A stretch of DNA of 64,000 nucleotides from Chloroflexota bacterium (GTDB taxonomy: Bacteria; Chloroflexota; Dehalococcoidia; Lucifugimonadales; UBA3495). This document shows positions 1 to 9,836 of this stretch, in pieces. Made by a program: the position numbers and the translations under genes. The notes beneath the pieces were generated by a model. The model worked only from the letters and a program-made list of their open reading frames with translations, did no database searches and was not told where the DNA came from. The stretch lies in the NCBI GenBank assembly GCA_028875055.1, contig JAPPGG010000069.1, forward strand, positions 1,140 to 65,139, given 5' to 3'. Numbering within the stretch: the first letter of the stretch is position 1; the number at the start of each line of letters is the position of its first letter.

Positions 1-3000
1 GAGGAGCTACCCGGGGACCTGCCGCGCGACCTGGCGGAGTTCGGCGCCCGGATGCAGGAACTCTATCCCCACGGTCTGGTGGAGATTGGGCTGTTCCAGC
101 GCTCGGGCCAGGCCCTGGCCGACGTCCTGGGCGGCCAGGCGGACCCGCTTACTCTTCTGTTCAGCAGCGGGGAGCCCACCGCCGCCGATCTGTACCTGAA
201 AGCGCCGGTGGCCCGCGCCGCCAACCGGATGATCGCAGACTCAGTCCAGGCGCTGGTAGCCGCATTGCCCGAAGGGCGGCGGCTCAGGGTCATCGAGGTG
301 GGAGCGGGAACGGGTTCGGCGACGGCCTCCGTCCTTCCGGAGCTCCCAGAGGGCCGGTTCGACTACCTTTATACCGACATCTCCGCAGGCTTTTTCGCCG
401 AGGCCGAAGCCCGGTTCGGTGACGGTGGCGGCGGCATGGAATACCGTCAGCTGGACATCGAGAAAGACCCCATCGCCCAGGGGTTCGAATCCCACGGCTA
501 CGACCTGCTGATTGCCTCCAACGTGCTGCACGCGACGCGACGCCTGGACGAGACCCTGGAGCACTGCAGGGCCCTGCTGGCGCCATCAGGTCATCTGGTG
601 GCCCTCGAAAACCTTCGCGGCCTGGGGTGGATGGACCTGACCTTCGGCCAATTGGACGGCTGGTGGCGATTCGCCGACGAGTGTCGTCCCCATCATGCCC
701 TTGCGGGTCCTGCCGTGTGGAAGCAAGCGCTGGCGGACGCTGGTTTTGAAGGCTCGGCGGTCCTGGGCGTGGACGATTCCTGTCCAGAGGAAATGCTGGA
801 CAAGGGTGTGATTGTCGCGCAGGGTCCCGCGCAGGTGAACGAGCCCCTCGGCCAGTGGATCGTGGCCGGAGATGGCCCTCTGGCCCATGAACTGGCGGCG
901 GAACTGGCGGCCCACAATCAGGCGGTGGTGGTGGCCACGGGAGACTCGTCCCGCCAGGGCCTCTCACCAGCCGCTGACCCCATGATTACCGAAACCCTGG
1001 TGGAGAGGGGCAGTCGCGAGGCCTGGCAGGCGGTTATCGAGGGCCTGCCCCGGGATGTGCCCTTCAGCGGCCTGGTGCACCTCATGGCCCTGGACGGTCA
1101 CGGAACGCAGGCAACCACTCCTGAAATTGCTGAGGACGTGTCCCACGCCGGGGCCAGTGCGCTGGCAATGGTGCAGGCCTTGAACGAGGCGGACGCCATA
1201 CCGCAAAAAGGGCTCTGGTTTATCACCAGGGGAGCACAGGTTACTGAGCGGGAGCAGGGCGGAGAGCTTGCCGGCGCGGTTCTCTGGGGCTTGGGCAAGG
1301 TTGTGGACCTGGAGGCCGGCCACCTGCAGCCGCGAATGATCGACCTGGCCCCGGGCGGCGCGCCGCCGGTCTCCGACCTGGTTACCGAGTTGCTGCGCCC
1401 CGACCAGGAAAACCATATAGCGTACCGCGCAGGACGCCGCCTGTCGTCCCGCCTGGTTACCTTCGGGTCCTCGGCCCAACGCCTGGCCCTCCCGGAGGGG
1501 CCGGACTGGGTACTTACTCCCAGCCGCGCCGGCGTCTTCGACCAGCCGGAGGTGCTGCCGCTCCCGGCCGGTTCCCTCGAACCCAGGGAGGTACGTGTTT
1601 CAGTTGAGGCTGCGGGCCTCAACTTCTGGGACGTGTTCCGTTCCCTTGGCTTCATAGAGGAGGGTAACCTGGGCCGGGAACTGTGCGGGTACGTCGTGAA
1701 TGTGGGTTCGGAAGTCTCTACCGTCTCCATCGGCGACCGCGTGGTCGGGCTGGGGTTTGGCGCCTTCGGGCCGGAAATGGTCACGCGGGAGGAACTGGTG
1801 GCTCCGGCCCCGGCCGGAGCGTCCGCTTCAGCGCTGGCCGCCCTTCCCAGCGCCTTCGTGTCGTCGGCCTTGTCCTACCGCTATTCGGGGCTGCGGGCCG
1901 GCGACCGGGTGCTGATTCACGCCGGCGCGGGTGGTGTGGGACTGGCCGCCATCCAGCTGGCGCAGGCTGCCGGCGCGGAGGTTTTCGCCACGGCCAGCGC
2001 GCCCAAGCAGGCCTACCTGCGCTCCCTCGGCGTCACCCACATCTTTGACAGCCGCCAGACAAAGTTTGGCAAGGAGATACTGGAGGCCACCGCCGGCCAG
2101 GGCGTGGACGTGGTGCTCAACAGCCTCACCAGCGAGGGCTTTATCGAGGCCAGTCTGGCCTGCCTGGCCCAGGGCGGCAGGTTCGTCGAGTTGGCGAGGA
2201 GGGACATCCTGAGCCATGAGGAAATGGCGGCAGTGCGCCCCGACGTGGCCTACTCCATCCTGGAGCTGGATGTGCTGAAGAAAACCGAGCCGGCCGGGGT
2301 CGGTGAGGTACTGCGCGAGGTGATGGAACAGCTTTCGGCCGGCGAGATCAAGCCGCTCGTCCACAGCAGGTGGCCTCTGACCGAGGCCGGGGCCGCGCTG
2401 GATTTCATGCGCTCGGCCCGGCACGTCGGCAAAATAGTCCTGACACCTCCGCCGCTCATGAAGGGCCAACTGCGCTCGGACCGAACCTACCTGGTCACCG
2501 GCGGCCTGGGCGGCATTGGAATCGCCGTGGCCGGCTGGCTGGCGGACCACGGGGCCGGCGCCATAGTGTTAAATGGCCGGCGCGGACCCAGCGCCGAAGC
2601 CGAGGAAGCCATCGCCGCTCTGCGCCAAAGGGGCATAATGGTCGAGGTCAGGCTTGCCGATGTTACCGACACCAATGCCATTGACGCCATGCTGGAGCGG
2701 ATGGATGCGGAATTGCCGCCGCTGGGTGGCATCATTCACAGCGTGGGCGTGCTGTCGGACGCCTCCCTGGACAACCAGTCATGGGCCAGCTTTGAACAGG
2801 TGCTGTGGCCGAAGATCAAGGGGGCCTGGCACCTGCACCGCGCGACCATGGACCGCGACCTGGATATGTTCATCCTCTTCTCGAGCCGTGTCGGCGTGAT
2901 GGGCAACCCGGGCCAGGCCAACCATGCCGCTGCCAATGCCTTCCTCGACCAGCTCGCCAGCCACCGCCGCGCTCTTGGTCTGCCGGGCCAGGCCATCGCC

Positions 3001-6000
3001 TGGGGCGCGTGGTCTGAAATTGGTGAAGCCGCCGAGCAGCGGGAGAGAATCGAGCGGCGGCGTGCGGCTCTCGGGGGCCGCTGGTTCACGCCCCAGCAGG
3101 GCATCAAGGCGCTGGACAGGCTGGTTCGACAGGACACCGCTACATCCGTGGTAATGTCAATGGACTGGTCGGCATTCGGAGAGGCTATCCAGTCCCGTCC
3201 GCCCCTGCTGGAAGACCTGCTGTCCCCGGTTGTGGACTCTGCAGCAGCCGAATCGGCCCCGTCGGGAGACGTGCTGTCGCAACTTCGCAGCGTCCCGGCG
3301 GCCGAACGGCAGCAAGTCCTGGTCTCCTTCCTCCAGAGGGAGGTTCAGGCCGTGTTGCGGATGCCGGCGACGCCGTCGCCAACCGTCGGGTTCTTCGACC
3401 TGGGTATGGACTCCCTGATGTCGGTGGAATTGAGGAACCGGTTGAACCGGGCGCTGTCGGGGGCGTACGTGGTCTCCAATACAGCGGTGTTCGACTATCC
3501 CAACGTGGATGCCCTGGCCGGTCACCTGGCCAGCGAACTGGGCGGTGAAGCGGGTGGCGTCTCGGGCGCCGACCGGCCCCAGCCTGCAGCCGTGGCCGAG
3601 GCGTCCGCTCCCGCGAGTCGCGCGGGGGAGAAAAAGGACGTGGATGCTGTAGCCATCGTGGGGATGGCCTGCCGCTTCCCGTCCGCTCCCGACCTGGATT
3701 CCTTCTGGCGCCTGCTGGAAAACGGCTCTCATGCCATCACCGACAGGCGGCGGGACGGAGATCTCCTGGCCGGCGCCGTCGGGGACCCCGCATTGGAGGA
3801 TGTCATTTACCGGAGGGGCGGCTTCGTCGATGGTATTGACCAGTTCGACAACCGGTTCTTCCGCATCGCGCCCCTGGAAGCGCGGTTGATGGACCCACAG
3901 CAGCGTATGCTGCTGGAGACCACCTGGCAGGCCCTGGAAGACGCGGGCATCGACCCCGACCGCATCAGGGGCAGCCGCACCGGCGTCTATGCCGGAATCG
4001 GCAGTAGCGAATACCGGGACGTGCTGGCGGCCAATGGCCAGCAAGACTTTTACTTCGGTACCAGCGGCAGCATGACGGCGGGGCGTATTGCCTTCGTTCT
4101 TGGCCTGGAGGGACCGGCAATGCCCGTGGACATGGCCTGCGCGTCCTCGCTGGCGGCCATCCACCAGGCGGCGAATGCCCTCAGGCTCGGCGAGGTGGAC
4201 CTGGCCCTGGCGTGCGGCGTGAATGCAACGCTGTCCCGCTCCATAATGCGGTTCCACCGGGACATGGGGATGCTTTCGGGTATCGGCCAGTGCAACGCGT
4301 TCGACGCTGCCGCCGATGGCTTTGTCCGCAGCGAGGGGTGCGGGGTTCTGGTCCTCAAGCGCCTTGACCGGGCGGTAGCGGATGGAGACCGGATATGGGG
4401 TCTGGTCAGGGGGTCGGCCGTCAATCAGAACGGGACCAGCGCCGGCCTTCCGGTGCCCAACGGCCCCGCCCAGGAGAGGCTCATCGAGGATGCCCTGGCG
4501 AGAGCCAGCGTGCAGCCGTGGGAGGTGGACTACGTTGAGGCCCACGGCGCCGGCACCGAACTGGGCGATTCGATTGAGCTTCGCGCCCTTTCCTCGGTCT
4601 ATGGTCGAGGCCGGGACGTGGAGAAGCCCCTGCTGCTGGGTTCGGTGAAGACCAACATTGGGCACACCGAATGGGCGTCGGGAATGGCCAGCGTCATTAA
4701 AGCCGTGATGGCGATGCGCCGGGGAGTCATACCGGCGCACCTCCACTTCCGGCAACCGAACCCGAACCTCGACTGGGACCGCATCCCGGTACGAGTAACG
4801 TCGGAAAAGATGCCGTGGCCCACCACTGGCGAACGGCCCCCCCTGGCTGCGGTGAACTCCTTCGGCCTGTCCGGCTCCAACGCCCATGTCGTCCTGGAGG
4901 GCTACGCCGAACCGGCCGAATGTGACGGGTCCGATGGGTACTGGCCTGCCGGCTCGCCGACTCCTGTCGCGGCCACGCTGAAGGATGTTGACGCCGCCGA
5001 GTTGCCGGCGGAAGTTTTTTCCCGCCGTGCCTTCAGGCTATTGCCCTTGTCCGGCAAGTCTCCGAACGCCCTTCGCGACCTGGCCGGACACTACCTGTCC
5101 TGGCTGGATGTGCACGCCGAAGGGCTCGGCCCGGACGCCGCCTCACCGCTGCTCGCTGATATGGCGTGGACGGCCGGCATGGGACGCAGCCACTTCGACT
5201 ATCGGTCCGGTCTCGTCTTTCGCGATTCCGAAGATTTGCGCGCGGGACTTGAGGGACTGCTCGAGACTTCAGGGGCAGAGGTTCGGTTGGCCTCGCCGCC
5301 GACAGCCAGGACGGCTTTCGTATTCACCGGCCAGGGCGGTGAGTGGCCAGGTATGGGCGAGTCTCTCTACCAAACTGAGCCGGTTGTCCGGTCTGTGCTT
5401 GACCGCTGTAACCGTTTGCTCCTCGGGGAGCGAGGCGCATCGCTGCTGGACGTCATGTTCGGCCGGTCCCGGGAGGCCGGCGACCTCAGCGATCCCCTCT
5501 GGGCATACCCGGCAACTTATGCGCTGGAGGCGGCGCTCACCGCCCTCTGGACAAGCGTGGGGATCAGGCCCACCAGGGTGTTGGGCCAGGGCGTTGGTGA
5601 GATAGCGGCCGCCCGCGCCGCGGGAATCTTGAGTTTTGACGATGGGCTGCGGCTTGCGGCTGCTGTCACCAGCCCTGATGCAGCCTTGCCGCTATTGCCC
5701 GTAACCCCCCCGTCCCTGACCATGGTCAGCAGCCTGACCGGACAGGCAATTCAGTCACCGGAAGAGTTGCACAACGGGCACTGGCGACGGTTGGCAGGCG
5801 AGAGCGCCGCCTGGGAAGCCGGCGTAGATGCGCTGGCCAGCGCCGGCGCGGACCTGATCGTGGAGATAGGCCCGCATGCGTCGCCTGGCCTGGTTGCGGC
5901 GCCCTGCTGGCCGCCGGCAAGAGAGGATGCCCAACTTCCCACATTCGTGGACGGACTGCTTCCCCCTCGAGGCAGCGCGCCGGAAGCGGAGGAACGATTC

Positions 6001-6150
6001 CTGAGAGCGGTGGGAGCCGCCTACGAAGCCGGGGCCAGGCTGTCGTTTGACGGTCTCTATGCGGGAGAGGAGCGGCGCCGGATCGCCATCCCCGGTTATC
6101 CGTTCCAGCGCCGCCGCTTCTGGGTGCAGACCCGGTCAGCAGCGGAATAG
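1..6150 (+). CDS. Type I PKS, SupA-like, 5'-truncated by the window: ...cMT-ER-KR-ACP-KS-AT(degenerate)
   Basis: Frame is open from base 1. Motifs: MT VIEVGAGTG; ER LIHAGAGGVG; KR VTGGLGGIG; ACP LGMDSLM (Ser codon 3412); KS DMACASS/EAHGAGT/KTNIGH; AT GQGVG instead of GHSxG; ends PGYPFQRRRFW; no TE. Confidence 0.92.
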   Translation, partial: EELPGDLPRDLAEFGARMQELYPHGLVEIGLFQRSGQALADVLGGQADPLTLLFSSGEPTAADLYLKAPVARAANRMIADSVQALVAALPEGRRLRVIEVGAGTGSATASVLPELPEGRFDYLYTDISAGFFAEAEARFGDGGGGMEYRQLDIEKDPIAQGFESHGYDLLIASNVLHATRRLDETLEHCRALLAPSGHLVALENLRGLGWMDLTFGQLDGWWRFADECRPHHALAGPAVWKQALADAGFEGSAVLGVDDSCPEEMLDKGVIVAQGPAQVNEPLGQWIVAGDGPLAHELAAELAAHNQAVVVATGDSSRQGLSPAADPMITETLVERGSREAWQAVIEGLPRDVPFSGLVHLMALDGHGTQATTPEIAEDVSHAGASALAMVQALNEADAIPQKGLWFITRGAQVTEREQGGELAGAVLWGLGKVVDLEAGHLQPRMIDLAPGGAPPVSDLVTELLRPDQENHIAYRAGRRLSSRLVTFGSSAQRLALPEGPDWVLTPSRAGVFDQPEVLPLPAGSLEPREVRVSVEAAGLNFWDVFRSLGFIEEGNLGRELCGYVVNVGSEVSTVSIGDRVVGLGFGAFGPEMVTREELVAPAPAGASASALAALPSAFVSSALSYRYSGLRAGDRVLIHAGAGGVGLAAIQLAQAAGAEVFATASAPKQAYLRSLGVTHIFDSRQTKFGKEILEATAGQGVDVVLNSLTSEGFIEASLACLAQGGRFVELARRDILSHEEMAAVRPDVAYSILELDVLKKTEPAGVGEVLREVMEQLSAGEIKPLVHSRWPLTEAGAALDFMRSARHVGKIVLTPPPLMKGQLRSDRTYLVTGGLGGIGIAVAGWLADHGAGAIVLNGRRGPSAEAEEAIAALRQRGIMVEVRLADVTDTNAIDAMLERMDAELPPLGGIIHSVGVLSDASLDNQSWASFEQVLWPKIKGAWHLHRATMDRDLDMFILFSSRVGVMGNPGQANHAAANAFLDQLASHRRALGLPGQAIAWGAWSEIGEAAEQRERIERRRAALGGRWFTPQQGIKALDRLVRQDTATSVVMSMDWSAFGEAIQSRPPLLEDLLSPVVDSAAAESAPSGDVLSQLRSVPAAERQQVLVSFLQREVQAVLRMPATPSPTVGFFDLGMDSLMSVELRNRLNRALSGAYVVSNTAVFDYPNVDALAGHLASELGGEAGGVSGADRPQPAAVAEASAPASRAGEKKDVDAVAIVGMACRFPSAPDLDSFWRLLENGSHAITDRRRDGDLLAGAVGDPALEDVIYRRGGFVDGIDQFDNRFFRIAPLEARLMDPQQRMLLETTWQALEDAGIDPDRIRGSRTGVYAGIGSSEYRDVLAANGQQDFYFGTSGSMTAGRIAFVLGLEGPAMPVDMACASSLAAIHQAANALRLGEVDLALACGVNATLSRSIMRFHRDMGMLSGIGQCNAFDAAADGFVRSEGCGVLVLKRLDRAVADGDRIWGLVRGSAVNQNGTSAGLPVPNGPAQERLIEDALARASVQPWEVDYVEAHGAGTELGDSIELRALSSVYGRGRDVEKPLLLGSVKTNIGHTEWASGMASVIKAVMAMRRGVIPAHLHFRQPNPNLDWDRIPVRVTSEKMPWPTTGERPPLAAVNSFGLSGSNAHVVLEGYAEPAECDGSDGYWPAGSPTPVAATLKDVDAAELPAEVFSRRAFRLLPLSGKSPNALRDLAGHYLSWLDVHAEGLGPDAASPLLADMAWTAGMGRSHFDYRSGLVFRDSEDLRAGLEGLLETSGAEVRLASPPTARTAFVFTGQGGEWPGMGESLYQTEPVVRSVLDRCNRLLLGERGASLLDVMFGRSREAGDLSDPLWAYPATYALEAALTALWTSVGIRPTRVLGQGVGEIAAARAAGILSFDDGLRLAAAVTSPDAALPLLPVTPPSLTMVSSLTGQAIQSPEELHNGHWRRLAGESAAWEAGVDALASAGADLIVEIGPHASPGLVAAPCWPPAREDAQLPTFVDGLLPPRGSAPEAEERFLRAVGAAYEAGARLSFDGLYAGEERRRIAIPGYPFQRRRFWVQTRSAAE

Positions 6151-6277
6151 CATGGCCTCCGTCCGTATGCGGTAACAGAGGCGTGCCAAAGCGAATCGCT
6201 CAGTGGGCTTTTTGGCGGCAGGTCGCGCATTGGAGTTGAGTGGGGGCGTGGACCCGTGACAGGCCGGTACCGGCGTA

Positions 6278-7966
6278 TCAGGACTCTATCAGGCCCTCCT
6301 GGGGCATGGTCCAGGGCAGATTGTAGAGCGGCGCGAATTGCGGGGCCGGCGGCGCCGACATCTCTCCGAAGGGCACGTCGATAATCACCGGACCCTGCCG
6401 CTCCAGCGCCAGGGGAATCAGTCTCTCCAGGTCCATCAGGCCGCCGGCTCTCATGCCGACGGCGCCGAAGGACTCAGCGAACTTGACGAAGTCCGGGTTG
6501 TGCAGGTCGGTCTCATAGGCTCCGCCAAAGGCCTCGCTCAGGTCGCGGGCCACGTTGCCGTAGGAGTCGTTATTGAAAACCACGACCACCACGCTGATGC
6601 CATACCGGACGGCCGTGGAGATCTCCGACGAGTTGAACATGAACCCGCCGTCCCCCGTCATGCATACCACCGGTCGGTCGGGCCTTGCGACCTTTACCCC
6701 CAGGGCCGTCGGGAAGGCGTAGCCGAGGTTGAAGGAGTAGCCGGAGTCTATGTACGTCTTGGGGTGATTCACCTGCCAATGGGTCCGGGCATAGTATCCG
6801 AACTGGGTTACGTCCCAAACTACGAATGCGTCCTCCGGGACGCCCCGCCGGATTGCTTCCAGGGCAGGGTATTGCGGTTCCTTGAGCCGAATGTCGTAGT
6901 AGGCTATCAGGTTGCGTGCGGCCCTAACCGCCTCGGCAGGCGACGGGCGGTCTCCCGCTCCCTCCTCGATGAGAAGGGGAAGCAACGCCCGTATGGTCTC
7001 TCCCGCATCGCCGTGAAGGGGAAAGGTGTTGGGGTGATGCCCTTCAAGCTCAGTGTCGTCTATGTTGATGTTCACCAGCGTGGATGCCTGGCCGGCAGGA
7101 AAACCCAGCGAGAAGCGCGCGCCGATTCCAATCACCACGTCCGCCGACTGCATCACCTCGTAGAGCTGGTTCATCTCCTGTCTTTCGCCCCTGGGACTGA
7201 AACAGGAGCCATACGACAGGGGATGACTGTCGGAAATGGCGCCCTTGCCCCCGCTGGAGGTAATTACGGGTATGTTCGTCGCCTCGGCCAGCCTGACTAA
7301 CGCCGCCTCGGCGTCGGAACGCGCCACGCCGCCTCCCGCGTAAATCAATGGCAGTCGAGACCTGGCGATAACCCTCGCCGCCTCCTGCAGGGCCTCCCTG
7401 CCTGGCACGATTCGAGGGACATAGGCAGGACTCCGCAGTTCGACCTCTTCCCGCTCGACTCCTGCCTCCGGCGGAATCTCCAGCAGGGCGGGACGGGGAC
7501 GGCCGGTGCGCAGCTGCCGGAACGCCTCCAGAACGGCATCCGGAACTTCCCTGGGCCGGAATGCCTGACCCTGCCACTTGGTCACGGACCGCACGGCCCC
7601 GGCCTGGTCGGCGATTTCGTGAACTGCCCCTCGGTTCCTGCCGATGGCCCTGCGGGGGATCTGGCCGGCGATGAGGAGAACGGGAGTGGAGCGGGCGTAG
7701 GCGTTGGCCAGGCCTGAAGCGGCGTTGTAGAGGCCGACGCCCGGCACCACCAGCCCGACTCCAGGCTTGCCTGACGCCCGGGCATAGCCGTCGGCCATAT
7801 ACGTAGATGCCTGCTCGTGCCGGGTGGTGATCATGCGAATGCCGGGCTCGTCTCGAATGGCGGAGACAATGCCGTAGGTCTGGATGCCAGGTATGCCGAA
7901 TACGACGTCAACGCCTTCCCCTAACAGAGACTTGGCAAGCGCTTCACCTCCACTCAATCTGACCAA
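6278..7966 (-). CDS. Thiamine-diphosphate-dependent enzyme (acetolactate synthase-like family, substrate unknown)
   Basis: VFGIPG, TRHEQ, GDGG...NN TPP-binding motif. Confidence 0.88.
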   Translation of the reverse strand: MVRLSGGEALAKSLLGEGVDVVFGIPGIQTYGIVSAIRDEPGIRMITTRHEQASTYMADGYARASGKPGVGLVVPGVGLYNAASGLANAYARSTPVLLIAGQIPRRAIGRNRGAVHEIADQAGAVRSVTKWQGQAFRPREVPDAVLEAFRQLRTGRPRPALLEIPPEAGVEREEVELRSPAYVPRIVPGREALQEAARVIARSRLPLIYAGGGVARSDAEAALVRLAEATNIPVITSSGGKGAISDSHPLSYGSCFSPRGERQEMNQLYEVMQSADVVIGIGARFSLGFPAGQASTLVNINIDDTELEGHHPNTFPLHGDAGETIRALLPLLIEEGAGDRPSPAEAVRAARNLIAYYDIRLKEPQYPALEAIRRGVPEDAFVVWDVTQFGYYARTHWQVNHPKTYIDSGYSFNLGYAFPTALGVKVARPDRPVVCMTGDGGFMFNSSEISTAVRYGISVVVVVFNNDSYGNVARDLSEAFGGAYETDLHNPDFVKFAESFGAVGMRAGGLMDLERLIPLALERQGPVIIDVPFGEMSAPPAPQFAPLYNLPWTMPQEGLIES

Positions 7967-8267
7967 TTATTGCCTCCTGTGTTTCGGCAGACACGGTAGC
8001 ATTTCTTTCCCAGCGGCCGGGCGGCAACAGGGCGGCCCAGGTGCGACGGTATTTCCGGTAAGCCCCGGCCGAGGAGAGTCACCGGGGAGTCGCCCATCCA
8101 CAATGTGAAAGTCCGTTTGGCTTTTCGGGGGGGGGCGTGGTTGAGGAATTTCCCATAGCCCCGATAGTCGGTGTCGGAGGCTTGCCGGTACAGCCGCAAC
8201 TCCCGCGATTACCACATAGCCATAGAGCGCGGCCTCACCGATGACGTCGGGCAGGGTGGCCAGGAGA

Positions 8268-8342
8268 TGGTGGGCCCGGCTGGGTTCGAACCAGCGACCT
8301 ACCGGTTATGAGCCGGTTGCTCTTCCGCTGAGCTACGGGCCC
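8268..8342 (-). tRNA. tRNA with CAT anticodon, probably tRNA-Ile2 (lysidine)
   Basis: Reverse complement GGGCCCGTAGCTCAG...CCGGCTCATAACCGG...GTTCGAACC...CGGGCCCACCA. Paired 1:72, so not initiator. C4/C5 in the acceptor stem fits Ile2; elongator Met is not excluded. Confidence 0.9.
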
Positions 8343-8440
8343 TCCGTCAATCCAGCTTAAAGAGGGCAGTTTGCGGTGTCAAGGAACTTGCCAGGCTTCA
8401 TGCCCGGGGAACCGCTCCAGGCCCCCGGGGGCCCCGCCAT

Positions 8441-9796
8441 CTACACCAGCCCTAGCCTCTGGCGGTACTCCGGATCGTAATCCGCCAGGAGACCCAGCTC
8501 CACGGCCCGGGCCGGATCCATCTGGGGCGATGCTTCGCCGCTGGCAGGAATGTCGGTGATGATGGTGTCGGCCACCAGCCCCTGGTAAACGTCTTCCTCC
8601 AGTCCCAGCAATTCCCGCAGAAGGGGCTTGTTGTCCTGCCCGAATTCAGGGCCGGGACCCCGAATACTCATGGGAGTGTTCGAGAATTTGTAAGGGCGTC
8701 CCATCAGGAATCTGCTGCCCACCTCACGCTCTTCCGGAAAGTCCACCCTCTCCAGGAAGTTGCGGCGCTTGTAGTGCGGGTCAAAGTGAATGTCCCGCCC
8801 CGTGAGAACCGGCCCGGACGGAATGCCTGCCCCCTGCAGCAGGTGCATGAGGTCGTACTTGTCCTTCGTGGCCGTCCACTGGCCCAGCAGTTCGTCAAGC
8901 TCGTCGTGGTTGTTTCGCCGCGAAAGGATATCGCCGAATCGTGGGTCGGAGGCCAGGTCTTGCCGTCCCATAACCTGGCACAGCGCCTGCCATTCCTCGT
9001 CGCTTCCCACCGAGAGGGTAATCCATTGGTCCGTGCCCCTGGCCGGATAGCAGCCCTGAGGCGCGCGGTAGGGGTGTCGGTTGCCCAGCCGTCCGCCCTC
9101 CCTGCCGTTAATTGTGGCATCCATCAGGTACTCGGAGAGAAACATAACCCCGGCCTGGTACATGGCGATGTCGATCCACTGCCCCTTACCGGTGCGGTTG
9201 CGGTAGCGCAGGGCCGCCCCCAGAGCAAATATGGCGCTCCACGTGGAAAGAAAGTCCACGAATGACGCTCCCGCCTTGGCCGGACCGTCGTTCAGGTACC
9301 CGGTAACCCAGCAGTGGCCGTGGGTAGCCTCCTGGGTCGTGGCCTGGGCCGGATAGCCCGAATAGGGGCCTTCGCCGTGGCCATACCCGGTATTGGAGAC
9401 CAGGATGATGTCCGGCTTCAGCTTTTTCAAATTGGGATAGTCCAGCCCCCACCGCCGCATCACCCGTGGCGTAAAGTTCTCCATCACCACGTCACTGATG
9501 GTCACAAGCTCCCGGAACAGGTCTCGTCCCCTTTCGTCTCCCATATCCAGCACCAGCGACCGCTTGCCCCGATTCAGGAGATTGTATGTGGAGGGCTTGT
9601 TCCACCAGCGTTCCCCGGCCAGGTTTTCGGGGAAGGACCCCGCGTACCCACCCGTACGGGTAACGTCCGGTCGGCCCGGCCCCTCAATCTTTATGACTTC
9701 GGCCCCCAGGTCGGCCAGGTGGCCGCCCGCGTAGGGCAACGCAAAGACGTAGGTTGAGTCCAGGATTCGGATGCCTTCCAGGGGAAGTCTGGGCAT
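8441..9796 (-). CDS. Family III CoA-transferase (CaiB/BaiF), catalytic-type subunit
   Basis: LEGIRILD, LADLGAEVIKIE, NRGKRS, ENF; catalytic-position Asp in ASFVDFLS. Confidence 0.9.
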   Translation of the reverse strand: MPRLPLEGIRILDSTYVFALPYAGGHLADLGAEVIKIEGPGRPDVTRTGGYAGSFPENLAGERWWNKPSTYNLLNRGKRSLVLDMGDERGRDLFRELVTISDVVMENFTPRVMRRWGLDYPNLKKLKPDIILVSNTGYGHGEGPYSGYPAQATTQEATHGHCWVTGYLNDGPAKAGASFVDFLSTWSAIFALGAALRYRNRTGKGQWIDIAMYQAGVMFLSEYLMDATINGREGGRLGNRHPYRAPQGCYPARGTDQWITLSVGSDEEWQALCQVMGRQDLASDPRFGDILSRRNNHDELDELLGQWTATKDKYDLMHLLQGAGIPSGPVLTGRDIHFDPHYKRRNFLERVDFPEEREVGSRFLMGRPYKFSNTPMSIRGPGPEFGQDNKPLLRELLGLEEDVYQGLVADTIITDIPASGEASPQMDPARAVELGLLADYDPEYRQRLGLV

Positions 9797-9836
9797 TTCG
9801 GGGCGTACCTCTTTGCCTGGTGTGGGTATTTCGGGA

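Noticed and set aside
3157-4887. 576-aa antisense ORF
   Set aside because: Shadow of the PKS KS domain in high-GC DNA; no recognisable motifs.
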